Assembly (NCBI RefSeq): GCF_000143415.4
Contig: NW_003314314.1
Location: 811,771-875,770 of the forward strand
DNA length: 64,000 bases
Origin: Selaginella moellendorffii
Taxonomy: Eukaryota; Plantae; Lycopodiophyta
Direction: 5' to 3'
Shown: positions 37,681-53,194 of the stretch, piece after piece
How positions within the stretch are numbered: the stretch's first letter is position 1
How the letters are laid out: each line of letters starts with the position of its first letter
Program-made: the position numbers and the translations under genes
Notes under the pieces: model-generated
Databases searched by the model: none
The model's input: only the letters and a program-made list of their open reading frames with translations
Told to the model about the DNA's origin: nothing

Positions 37681-39840
37681 CGCCTCGGATGATCTTGCGA
37701 CGACGCTCATCCCGCAAGATTCGTGCGCGCCGCCTTCCTTCTCCTCATCCCGAAATATCGCGCGGCGACCCGGATTTTCGAGCCGCCATTCCCTGCCCTC
37801 ACGAGCGCTGCGAAGATCACACTACCCTAGCTCGCCGCAGCCGAATCAAGAAGGCGGCAGCGCTCTCTCGGGGGAGCTCGCTCATCGATCAGACAAGATC
37901 ACGAATGCTCGTCCGCTAGCGCGCAGCGCCATGGATTGAATCGATCGCTGCCCGGATTCTCGCCTCGCCGCGCACTCCTATTCCCCGCCCCTGGCCGTTG
38001 TTTTCTTGCACTGACGAACGAGAGCTACGAGTAGAGGGCACAATATACGCATATTCCAGCGTATACGTTACTGCCACAAGCAAACAGACGCGTCAGTTAA
38101 TTTAACCCCGCTCAGTTAGAATTTGACTCGCGCCTTCGTTCGCGCCTGATTTTACTGCGATGCTTTCGCCATAACGTCACGTCCTCCTACCCATAGACCC
38201 TAAAATTTAATCGCCACATTGGCGCCAACTTTGGCATTATCTAGATTGGTGCATTCTAGAAACCATGGAAAATACCTTTGAGCCTTTACGAATTATTTGA
38301 TCAATCGAGAACATCCATGGATCGCGATGTATCATGCGACGTTTGCCCCACCTCACAAAGATTCCTTAAAGATGTTTTTGTCCCAAAAGAGCCCCTGGGT
38401 TTGATTGGATTGGAGGAGGAGAGCGAGCGATCCAAATTCCTTGCAAAGGTTTTTGGCGAGAGAGAGCGATAAGGTATAGTAGCAACACGAATGGGAGCAA
38501 GCTACGTGACACGACTCGGACGGCCAGGATGGAGCCCACAATCCGACGGACGGATGCGCGCCATGTGGGCAGCCTGTCGGGTGTAAGATCGAACGGCCAG
38601 GGGTGGCAGGGACCCTCGATCCGCGGGTTTTCCGGCCGTTGGTCGCGCTTCCCAGATTCCGGAATCCAGGACGCCAAGAGCGCTTTCAAATGCGGTAGAA
38701 TCCAGCCCCCGTCTATTTCACTGCCAGAGACCTCTTCTATCGCTCTTGCTTATGACACTGCGAAGAACACAGCGAGGCACTGGAGTGGTAACTTTGATGA
38801 TCAGTGGTACCTGGTAAGGAGAACTGGCTTGGTTCAGTCTGCCCGTCCCTCTTCAATTCATATAAAACTTATCCTTCCCGCGAAAAACGAGTATAAAAAT
38901 CGCTGCTGGAAGCTTGTCTGCGTAGGAATGGAAAGAAAACTGCGAAGAACTCTAAACTCTATTGCTTTGCGGGAAAAGTACCTACCAGCCTGGGCTGCGT
39001 CGTTTTCGTGCCTGCTTCCACTCTTGGCTGGAAAACACAAAGATATTAAAACCAGCCACGATCAAGCGGAAGAAAGATAGAAAAGCATGGAAGCTCACCT
39101 GATTGATATTGATACCGAGTAGCCATTACTGCTGGGAGACTGAGAAGCAGAGTTTGTTACGCTGGAGCAAACGGTGTCTGCGTTTCCTGTTCTTCATCCC
39201 AAAGTCGTGACGTATAAGTCCACTGTGTATAGACGAGCCTTTCAAAAATCCTCCCGAGTCCGTATCTTACTCGCTTTGATCCGCCGGGTTCTTTCCAACT
39301 TTGGAAAACATTTCGCTGCCAAGTTCTTTGGTACTTCACGGGCTCTCCAGAGTCGATATAGTTATATACTTCGAGGAAGAGGACGTGTGTGTTCTTGGCG
39401 AATCCAGCGCATGGCGAACCATAGCTAGAGTTCTTTTTCAGTGTGTCGTTGCGGAGCTTCATAAAAACGAGCTTGTCACCATGTGTATGAGTGACACCTT
39501 CAATCATGGAAAGGAAAAATATGCTGAGGGAACGAAGTTGAAAATAGAGGAAGCACTGACCTTGTTTTGTCTGGAATGACTTCATTGCTACGTGGCCCTT
39601 TCAGCAGTGTTCCTTCGTCCAGTTCTAGCATACTACCTGTATTGAATACGACTGCCATCCAAATGCTGTTTGTTGATTTGGCATGAGCAGTGCCTCCTTG
39701 GCATTACCCGTGCCAGACAGTAGCATAGCTCAGCAGGAAGCAGCACGTCGTAAACTTATGATGAATTTCTTCGAAGTAACAGCAAGCGATCCTAGAACAA
39801 CCAGCCAAAACATGTCAATAAATCAATCTTACAAGGGCAT

Positions 39841-43281
<3,441 letters not shown>

Positions 43282-43316
43282 AGACGCCGCTGCTCCCCTA
43301 AAACCCTAGTTCTTGC

Positions 43317-43324
43317 TTTCCCGC
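43317..43324 (+). promoter_or_regulatory. Canonical E2F site (TTTCCCGC) ~35 bp upstream of the MCM4 ATG; telobox AAACCCTA at ~43301
   Basis: Exact motif matches. Confidence 0.65.
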
Positions 43325-43379
43325 GCTCTCCAGCTGAAGATGTATTTGTAGCTTAAATATTTAAATTAGTAACAACTAA

Positions 43380-43453
43380 GCTGGAGTAGCTCAGCCGGAC
43401 AGAGCGTGTGGCTGTTAACCACAAGGTCGGAGGTTCGAACCCTCCCTCTAGCG
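43380..43453 (+). tRNA. tRNA-Asn (GTT)
   Basis: GCTGGAG acceptor / CTCTAGC, anticodon arm TGTGG-CTGTTAA-CCACA, T-loop GGTTCGAAC. Confidence 0.93.
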
Positions 43454-43565
43454 TATATTTATACTTGTAATTTATACAAAATATCTAGGGGTCAAGGGTT
43501 CGAAGCCTGGGAATGGCTTTTCGAACTTTAGGGTTTTGCCTAGCTATGGTGTTGTGAGGCTCGTC

Positions 43566-45450
43566 ATGTCGACGCTGTCACTTCGTTGCAGCGTGTTTTC
43601 GGAGCCATCGTCTTCCTCCACTCGCCAAAAGAGGGCTATTTCTTGTGCGTCTTGTTCCAGCTCCGAGAATTCACAATGCAGGGATAGACGAAGCACGCTT
43701 GGAGGGCGTGTAGGAGTAGGATTTAGAGCTGGGAAAGGCGTAGGTGAGCAGCGATGGCTTTTTGCGGGGAGAAGAATCAAAGCGAGGCCGCTGCTTTGTC
43801 GAAATTCTTACCAAAGTAGCAGGACTGCGGCGACCCCATCGGATTATTATCAAGTTCTCGGGGTCAGTAGGAACGCTAGCAAGCAGGAAATCAAAACTTC
43901 TTACAGGAAACTCGCTCGAGAGGTATGATTTTCCTCCTATGCATTTCACAAGCTTGCATTTTGATAGCTTTGTTGTTTTTCAGTTTCATCCAGACGTAAA
44001 CAAGGAGTCCAATGCGGAAGAAAAGTTCAAGGAGATCACTGCTGCGTACGAGGTAAGAATTGGTCTTTGCATTTCTTTCCATTCGACGAAGATCATTCCC
44101 ATGTAGGTGCTCTCGGATGATGAAAAAAGAGCCATTTACGATCAATTTGGTGAAGATGGTCTAAAGGGAGGAGGTCCAACTTTCACGGTAAGACACAAAC
44201 ATTTCGATTGATAGAGATGATCTAGAGTTTGTTTGTGTGTGCAGGATAGTCCATTCGATATTTTTGACTCGTTTTTTGGAGGTCGAAGCGGATTTGGAAG
44301 GCGCAGAGGCACTGATAATTGGTCTGGAGTTCAAGGAAACGATCTCAGGTATGATCCAACTTGCAAAAAGCTCTTCTGTCGTTTTTCTCTTTTGGATTTT
44401 ATTCTTTTTATCGTGACAATGTGTGTGTGTCTCTTCTGCAGCTACGATCTGAGCCTTGACTTCAAAGAAGCGGTTTTTGGAGTGGAAAAACAGTTTGACA
44501 TATGGCATTTGGAAAGCTGCGAGGCATGTAGCGGAACTGGCGCCAGAAGTAAGAGCAGAAAGAAATGCCGAGTCTGTGGAGGAATGGGTGAAGTTATGCG
44601 AACACAAGAAACAGCCTTTGGGATGTTCTCACAGGTTAGCGATTCGTCGATAACGTTTGTTTTGTTGGCTCACATTGTTTTTCTCTCTCTCAGGTGTCTA
44701 CTTGTACAAACTGTGGTGGCGAGGGTGAAGTGATTTCCGATCACTGCAGAAAATGTGGAGGCAAAGGAGGTATTCGAGCGAAAAAAACGATCAAACTAAG
44801 TGTTCCATGTGGAGTTGACAGCGGGAGCACTCTCCGTGTTGCTGGTGGAGGAGATGCTGGAGAAAGAGGGTGAGCTTAAATCTTGTGCTTGTTCTATATA
44901 GTTTCTTTGTGACTGACTGTGCCCTCTCTCAGTGGTCCATCTGGGGATCTCTACGTCAATCTTAAAATCAGAGACATGCCTGGAATTCGAAGAGACGGCA
45001 TCAGTCTTTACTCCGAGATCTCTGTGAGCTATACGGAATGTATACTCGGGACAACGAAAAAGGTATGTTTCGCTGTTCTCTCGTATCTTAGTCGCATAAA
45101 ACACAACTCTAACAGGTGAAAACGCTGGAAGGATTCTCGGATCTTCGTATTCCTGCGGGAACTCAACCAGGGGCATGTATAACCCTTCCGAAGATTGGTG
45201 TTCCAAGGCTTCGAAAGCCATCCCTTCGAGGGGATCACATTTTCTCCGTCAAAGTTTTACTTCCAACCAAAGTCAGGTGGGACTTTAGCAAAACTTTCTT
45301 CCTTGTTCTTCTTCGTAAATCCTTATCTTTTTCTTCTTCTACAGTGCCGCTGAGAAAGAACTCGTGGAAGAACTGGCTCGTCTCGAGAAAGGCGCTCAAT
45401 CCAGGCAAAGAAAATCCCAAAACTCCAAGACTGAAGCTAGTACGTGGTGA
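43566..45450 (+). CDS. Type I DnaJ/Hsp40 chaperone, probably plastid-targeted, multi-exon
   Basis: Transit-peptide-like N-terminus; DYYQVLGV, FHPDVNK (HPD), CEACSGTG / CRVCGGMG / CTNCGGEG / CRKCGGKG zinc repeats, GDLYV, IPAGTQPG. Confidence 0.92.
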
Positions 45451-45899
45451 TCAAACACATGGTTTGTCTATAAAACGTTGACAAGTGTAAGCGTGTGTCC
45501 ATCCCCCATGTGAAAGCCAACAGTGGAGATTGAATCGAGTTCTACCATCCTATCCACTGAAAGAGCTGTGTAAGGATTCCTTTGTTCGTCTGGCAATGGC
45601 TCTGACGAAACAATCTTGGTACTTTTGGCTACATTCCTGATGTCCTTATTAGAAGTTTTTAGTGCCTTAGAAAAAATAACATGTTAACAATATATAAGGC
45701 ATAGCTTCATCGAATCTTAGGCATTGAGGAGACATGGTTGTTGGAAAAGTTTTGTGGATGTTGCTCTCAGCCAATGGGAGAGCCTCACACCTTGGGTCTT
45801 CGGTTAGAGAAGAATTTAACACACGTCCAGTTGAGTTTAAAGGTGAACTTTGTGGGCCGCTAGATAGCGCCATCTGATGGGGTGGGTTATAGGATGAGA

Positions 45900-46680
45900 G
45901 GATAGTTGAAGCTGCTGGCGAGCTATTGGAAGACTTGAAGGATTGGTACATCGAGATGCCTCTTGTGGCTATAAAGGTTTCCCATTGTGTCATATTCAAC
46001 ACGTTCAACCACAGGAAGGTGAATGAAGATTGGGTTCAACAGTTGATGCAGTCCATGCTCAAGAATCCACAAAGTCCCGGATATTGGTGTTGTAATACAT
46101 ATAAAAAAAATGGAGGGCAATGCAATCCACATTACTCACTCGTTTCAAAGATGAGTACTCGGAGCGCTCCAACGTGAAGTTTCTCATAGTCTCCAGGCAA
46201 CACTTGTGCCTTGTGATGCATAAAATCTAGAAAGATCCTAACGTGCCATAGAGTATCAAGGACAAATTTTGTTTCTGCATCAACTTCTCTGGAGGTCATC
46301 ACAATATCGCCAACAAAAAGGAGTGGTTTGAGTCTTACATCTGGGAGATGCTTGAACACACTTGTTTCCATTGGAAGAAGTTGGATTGTCCAAGGAAGCT
46401 CGGCACTGGAAAAGCAAAGGGGGTTGCTTTTGTGGTTAGTCCAATCATGTAACAGGAGATCTCCTGTACCAAATTCCTTTTTATTGCAGGACTTTGAGGA
46501 GATTGTAAAGAAAACCTTGAAAAAAGATTGCAATCTCATATACATCTTGCTACAGTGTACCACCCTTGGTTCAATATAATCAAGGATTATGAAAGTGGAA
46601 ACCTCTTCAACATACTTGGGAAGCAAGATGGGTAAAAGGTTGAGCTTGCACTGAATGCTCTTTCAAGATCTTCTCTTCAA
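45900..46680 (+). pseudogene. Degenerate ORF with a possible ParB/Srx-like fold, immediately upstream of an LTR
   Basis: FNHRKVNEDWVQQLMQSM..PDIGVVI..KFLIVSRQHLC stitched across frameshifts; weak resemblance only. Confidence 0.3.
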
Positions 46681-46716
46681 TTAAGGGCTGAAAAGTATTT
46701 TTGGAAGGGTTTTAAA

Positions 46717-47177
46717 TGTATAATAGGGATATATAATTTAATTTCTTACTGGGCATGTTTATCTTTGTTTTGAGTTTGACTTGGGTCTAAACCCATTTAT
46801 AAAATAGTGTTAAATTCCATTTGGCTATATTGTTTTTGCCATTTAAATGCTGGAAACTCTAATATTTATCCTATGTTATTTTGTACTTTTATTCCTTTGC
46901 TCATTGGTTGTATGTTGAGAGTTAGCTAACCTTGAAACTCAGATCCCACTTTATTGCTTGTGGCACATATATTGAAGAGTTAGGTTTCACACTTTGGTTA
47001 TATTATGATGATTTATTATACATTATAAAATCAGTACCATGTGTGCTGCATTTAGTATTATAGGAATAGTCTCAGCAGATACTATCTAATACGGGGAGGG
47101 GATTTTGAGTGCATATTGAATCTTTGTTTTGTAGTGCAATAAAATTGTACTTCAATTCCAAATTCATATGTGCTATA
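46717..47177 (+). mobile_element. Degenerate LTR-A-like LTR
   Basis: Preceded by a purine tract (ggaaggg); 3' end tgtagtgcaata..ttccaaattcatatgtgctata resembles the ends at 53672 and 54743. Confidence 0.5.
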
Positions 47178-47260
47178 TGAATCTATTTCTCATTTTTATG
47201 TTTTTGAATTGATTATAAATTTCCATTAGCAATATCTATGCAAACTAAATCTTACACCAC

Positions 47261-47433
47261 TTAAGTTGCCTATTAGTGCTTAGTATTAAAAGGGGGATGA
47301 TGTCATATATTTATCATCTTTTGGTATTTTTTGAAGTGTTTTTAATTTAAGTTGCCTATTAGTGCTTAGTATTGAAAGGGGGGATGATGTCATATATTTA
47401 TCATCTTTTGGTATTTTTTGAAGTGTTTTTAAT
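47261..47433 (+). repeat. Two-copy ~87-bp tandem repeat containing a PPT-LTR junction (AAAGGGGGATGA-TGTCA)
   Basis: ttaagttgcctattagtgcttagtatt.aaaggggg..atgatgtcatatatttatcatcttttggtattttttgaagtgtttttaat x2. Confidence 0.85.
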
Positions 47434-47803
47434 TGAAACATTTGTTGATGGGATTTGAACTCAAGAATTATTATGCATATGCATGAACAAAATTAGGTTT
47501 TTGGATTAGTTTGAGATTGGGCAAGATTAGTTTCTAGAGATCCAAAACTTTGTATTTAAGGTATTCAACAGAAATTCATTTTTTATTTTTTATCTTTAAT
47601 ATTTTATTGGTTGTTTATTGTTTTACCTTCTCTTGATAACAAGCTCCTAACACAAATAACTTATATAATATTTGAAAATAGCAACAACTTTTGATTCAAT
47701 GAAAATATGTGAGATAAATATTATCTATATTTTCTTAAGCATAAAGACTTGTTGTAGTATAAGTCATTTAAATTGCAATAATAATCTTATACAAATAAAT
47801 ATA

Positions 47804-48120
47804 CTAGTCATTGCATAGCAATGCTTGGTTTTCTTAAGTTAATAGTAGTGTTATTCTTTTTATTAATCCAATTGATCAAATGAAAGTTTATAATTATTAA
47901 CATACTTATAATTTATAACACAAGATTAATCTTATTCATTAGATGGTAGAATAAACTAGAATGTACTAAAAAAAATTTATGAAAGTTTATAAATTATAAA
48001 CTTGTTTATAAATAAAAAATTAATCTAATAAATAACAACCGTTAGTTGATAAAATATCCCAAAATATCAAAGTATATTCTAAATTTATTCTTTACCATCT
48101 AAGTCTTTTTACATTCTGGA
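47804..48120 (-). mobile_element. Helitron-like repeat, copy 4, with canonical 3' end
   Basis: Reverse complement ends CCAAG-CATTGC-tat-GCAATG-a-CTAG|T (hairpin + CTAG before T). Confidence 0.65.
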
Positions 48121-48943
48121 ACATGGGAAGGATGATTATTGGATTCTTGGATAGCAGCATCTGGCAATCCAAAAGCTTTGGAGATCATGGTATGAGCAGA
48201 ATCCTCAGCAGATGGAATGCAATCTGTGAGGCAAGCGCTTCAACTCTTCCAATTGCAACAGGCAAGTCCCGAGCAGTATATTGTTCGAAGGATGTAGTCT
48301 CCTAGACTGTGTGGCAAACGTATCCGCTGGGAATCTCAAGCTATATCTGTTGACTCTGATGCCGCAGTGGGATGAAATCGCCTGGACGATCAGGCTACGG
48401 GCATCTGGATCGAGCAGGGTTTATGGCGGCTTCGCAAGTTCTCAATTTCTGGCCGACCATGTTCGGCTTGCGACATCACTATCCCTTGACTATCAAGGGT
48501 GTGGATCACCATCACCAGGAGGAGACAAGAGCAAGGAGCTTCTGCAGGCAATTCCGGTGTACAAGAAGATCCCACATCGTCGACTGCATCGACAATGGGT
48601 GGCCGGATGGTCACAAGCTGCTGCCTTATGATCCTTACCAGAAGGCTGGACAGATTTCAGTGACAGGTAGGTGAGACGAATGAGTTGGGGAAGTTTCTTG
48701 TTTTGCCGAGGATCCGTTCAACGCTCTTCGTGCTGGTTTCTCTCGCGGGCTGCTATGAGTGCCGCTATGGATTCAGCTGGCTACATTCTCCTGGCCAACA
48801 TGTACATGGAAGGGTAGGTCAGGTCGATGTTGTTGCCCCTCCGTCCGTGGAACGCGATTCTCAGAGCAAATGCCGAGTGTTATTTTCTGGACATGAATAA
48901 AGGTCTTTATATCTTAACAAATTTATTTTAAAATCTTTTTGTC

Positions 48944-50690
48944 TTAGAAGTTCCGCCTTGGCTTGAGTATGACAGGCATGCCATGCTTTGGGATCAGGGG
49001 TCCTGTAATGACTGGGTGGTGCCGGTAATTTGGAGACAATTTAACCTCGAATCTCTGAAAGATGTTAGCAATGATTACTTTGCACTGCACCTCAGAGAAG
49101 GCCCTTCCAATGCAGGTTCGAACTCCATAGGCAAATGGCATGAACGCCATGGGATGCTTGGCTGCAGTTGCTGTACCATTCTTGAAGCGGGATGGGTTGA
49201 ATTCATTTACATCATCTCCCCACAGATCTGGGTCATGATGCAGCGCAACAACATTAACGCTCACCCCCAGTCCTTTGGGAATGGACACGTCCCCCACCAT
49301 AGTGTCTTTAATGCACAATCTTGTGATGAGCGGCATTGTGGGATACAGCCTCAATGTCTCGCGCAGAATCATCTCAATCTGCACAAACAAGAACCATACA
49401 GCAAGCTTAGTTATGTGGATCAAAGGACAAATCCGATTAACTGGTTACCGTGGTTAGCTTGCTGACATCTTTGGGACTAACAAATCCTCCATCCAGAACG
49501 TGGTCAACTTCTTGTCTTGCCTTTTCTTGCCAACTGGGATGGAGAGCCAGCATCAACATTGTGAATGAGAGAAGTGGGGCCAAGCTGATAAACCCTGTAG
49601 CATAGAGTGTTTTCAACTCCGCAACAATCACGTCTTCTCTAACATCTGGATTATCCAAAAGTTTCCCAATAAAATCAACGTTATTGCCTTCTGTTGTCTT
49701 CTTTCTTCGCTCTCTCACTTGCTTACGAACAAGGTCATTTAGCTGTTTCCGTACTTTCCACCGCTCAACGTTTATACCGAAGGGGATTGGCCTGCACCAC
49801 AATATCTTCCGTAAGTCAGTACAGTTGATATGCTTTTTCCTTAAGCCACCTGTACCTGGCAAATGGTAACCAGCTCCAGGTCTCTTGGTCATCTTGCAGC
49901 TTGAGCAATGTGATGTTATACTTTGAGAATGTTCTGAAAGTCATTGTTTTCCAACCCCAGTGTTGTCCTTGCTACAACATCCACATTCAAGCACATGAAC
50001 TCAACTTGAACATCTAGCTCCCTCTCCATGTCTCCACTCTCCTTCACAAAGGCTTCCCATTTTGCCATGACTTGGCTTGTTGCATTGTTCACAGTTTCAA
50101 CCATTGCGTGTGCAATAGAGTTCAGTCAACCTTAAACTTTGACCTTGTTAATACAGTATCACCTTGACTTCGTCAATGTAGCTACAATTTGTCTCTGCCT
50201 GGCCCAAGCTTCTCCATCTGCATGGAAGAGGCCCTTATGAAAGATATCATCAGAAAAGACCTTGATGAAGTGGGACTTGATGAAATCCTTGTGCTTCTTC
50301 ATAAACAGATCCCATATCATCTTGGGCTCTGAGATCACAATCCGGGGCTCCCGCAGCCACCAGTTCAAGTGTACGTTCCCTGAAAGTCAAAGTGAATTTA
50401 AAAGTACACTAATAATGTTGTGAAGTTAAATTGAAGCCCACCATAGAATTTGATGTTCTGTGCAGAACATGAGGCAGAATATCGTGGCTGATCTCCTTCA
50501 TGTCAGGCTTCCCATACAAAACATCAAAGATGGGATTCGGAGGATTGGGTGAGCCTCGTATGCCTTGCTTCTCCATCACTGGACGGAGGGCACTGGCCAG
50601 CCAATAGTAGCGCATGAAGAAGCTGCACACCATCCATAGAACAGACAATGCAAGCACGAGTGCGACAAGAAGAACCGAGATGACATCCAT
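48944..50690 (-). pseudogene. CYP72-clan cytochrome P450 pseudogene
   Basis: TM anchor, QGIRG, WARQRQ, RETLRLYP, FNPSRF, FAYGVRTCIG; frameshifts near 50460, 50180 and 49920. Confidence 0.85.
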
Positions 50691-51553
50691 TATTGGTGAG
50701 GCAGAGCTGAGACGAGGGCCGTAGAGAATTTATACACCAGCAAGTATTCACAGAGCTGCCCGTGAGACGACCTTGAAATCACGAACCTAAGATCTTTGTG
50801 CTTGACAAGACTACTCAAGGCGGAATGACTACAGGTTGTGAAGTCTTTTACAGGTAGTGTTCCTAGGCACCAAAAGACCATTACGGAACGACACGCTCAG
50901 AGTGACAATAAGAGCGGTGCATGCGTGTCGACCCAACAGCTACATATATATTGCATGGGAGACCTTACACACATAGGAGTAGAATCTCCTTAAAGAAACA
51001 TCCTTCCTGGTTGAAGACTGTCAGGAACGTTTGTTGAAGAGATGACCCGATTGAATCAGTAGGGACTGTTTTCATGCAGCACCTGTCTAAAAATAACACG
51101 CCATGCACTTCACCCCCACCTCGATCGATCACTCACTTTATTACGGACCAACGAGGTGGTCTAAATGGACGACCCAAACACTATGATGGACGTTCTCAGT
51201 GGTGTTCACTCTCGCATCATACACCACCAAGTATTCACAGAGCTGCCCACGAGACCAGCCAGGCATAGAGATTGAGACCTTAAAAGCACGAGCCTAGACC
51301 CGCCCCGACAGAATCGATGGGCCTGGGGTCGACCCGGACGAATCCTATTAACATGGGAGGATCCCCCTCCAAAGCTCAGCTAAATCTTCTTGCGCCTTTT
51401 TTATTTGACCTTCCAAGTTTTGGATTCGTTTGGCCTTCAAGAAACATTCCAGGAACATCCTTCAAAGACTGTCTGGCGGGGGGAGAACGTTAATGACCCA
51501 ATTTTTCAGGTCTTATAAATAGAAATGTTGGGAGTAAACACCAGAAGTGAGGG

Positions 51554-52107
51554 ATGATGGCTCAGTTGCGAGGGATGATGGTTTGTGTCACTGGAGCATC
51601 GGGTTTCGTTGGATCCTGGATTGTCAAATACCTCCTTGACAAAGGCTATACTGTACGTGGAGCAGTCCGAGATCCAGAGGATTTGCGCAAGGTGGAACAC
51701 CTCAAAAATCTCAAGGGGGCCAACCAGACGTAAAAGCTGATTTGCTCGACAATAGCCTAGTTTGCCAAGTTGTGATCCACACGGCATGCCCCTGTCCAGA
51801 GGCGAATTTCCGAATCATTAATCCGCAGACCGAGCTGATCGAGCCTTCAGTGAAAGGCACACTCAACGTCCTGAAAGCCAGCTTCAGTTCTGGAGTTTCC
51901 ACTGTTGTGATGACGTCCTATGTATTTGGATCCAACTCGGCCTCTGGAGCAGACAGTGGATGAATCATGCTGGAGCGATGTGGAGTACGTTGTCCAGATC
52001 AAGGAGTGGTACTGCCTGGCGAAGACTCTTGCTGAAAAATCCGCATGGGAGTTCGCTGCTGCTCAAGGCAATGGTATCAAACTGATTGTGATCAACCCAG
52101 CAGTCGT
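51554..52107 (+). pseudogene. Cinnamoyl-CoA reductase/DFR-like (extended SDR) 5' fragment, intronless, frameshifted
   Basis: [80 protein letters not shown]. Confidence 0.88.
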
Positions 52108-52754
52108 GGCTGGATTGCTACAAGGGGTTTGCAAGCATCAAAACTCTGGTCGATGTTGGTGGCGGCAATGGAGCATTGCTGTGTGACATTCGAACTCGCT
52201 ATCCGCATATCAAAGGCATAAATTTCGATCAGCCCCATGTTGTTTCTCAGGGAATTGCATCTGAAGGTATCCTCTCACAGATTTTTCATGCTCGATCATT
52301 CAAGCACTCTTTGTTTACTTCTTCCAGGAGTGGAGCATGCTGGTGGCGACATGTTTGGATCAATTCCCCAAGGAGATTCAATCATGTTGAAGGTAAAGGA
52401 TCCAGAGTCAAATTCTCCTTGCCAATCTGGTGTTTCATTCCTTTCTAGTGGATTCTCCACAATTGGAACGACGAACAGTGCCTGAAGATTCTGCAAAACT
52501 GCTACAAATCCCTTCCTGCTCAGGGAGGGAAAGTCATTGTCGTGGAAGTTTTACTACCTTCTGAAGCTTATCAAGCTGCCAGTGAGTTTGAGCTGCGAAT
52601 TGGACTGCTCCTAGATCTTGTCATGATGGTTAATTTCAACGGCAAGGAGCGGACCTTTGAAGAGTACCAGGCGCTCGCCGAACAAGCTGGTTTCAACAAA
52701 GTGCATCTTGTCAACGTCTCCAATGGACTAGCAATTCTGGAGTTTCACAAGTAG
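52108..52754 (+). pseudogene. Plant O-methyltransferase (COMT-like) 3' half with introns, fused to the CCR fragment
   Basis: LDCYKGFASIKTLVDVGGGNG, GINFDQPHVV, GVEHAGGDMF, WILHNWNDEQCLKIL, NGKERT. Confidence 0.88.
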
Positions 52755-53194
52755 CAAAACAGGTCACTTTTGGCTGTCACCGTAACACAATGAAATTGTT
52801 TTTATTCATTTATATATGCCCACCATGAAACATGAAATCAAAAGATTTAGAAATGCCATTTTGAAGAAAATTGCCAGTGTAGTCCATGTCTTCCCAAATC
52901 CATATAGAAGACAAGAGAACTGTACAGTCGTGATTATCACGTTCAAGCACCATTAAATTTAAGCTGTGTTTAAGCTCAAATTTATTCTAGTGGGAGAATA
53001 TACTTTAGGATGGTTTTGCTCTGCTCAACAATTTATGTGCCAGTCAGTATTGGAAAGCAGCATTCATTCATATTCTGTTTACATGGCCTCATGGCACCCC
53101 CCAAGAAGATGTGACCAAGGGATTTAAATAAGCTGCATAAATGATTGTCTCCATAGTCCTAGAGTCACCCACTTAGTCTCTTGTGCTTTCAGAG

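Noticed and set aside
48120-48900. PPR-like (MPQWDEIAWT) and ubiquitin-like fragments
   Set aside because: Too short and degenerate to annotate with confidence
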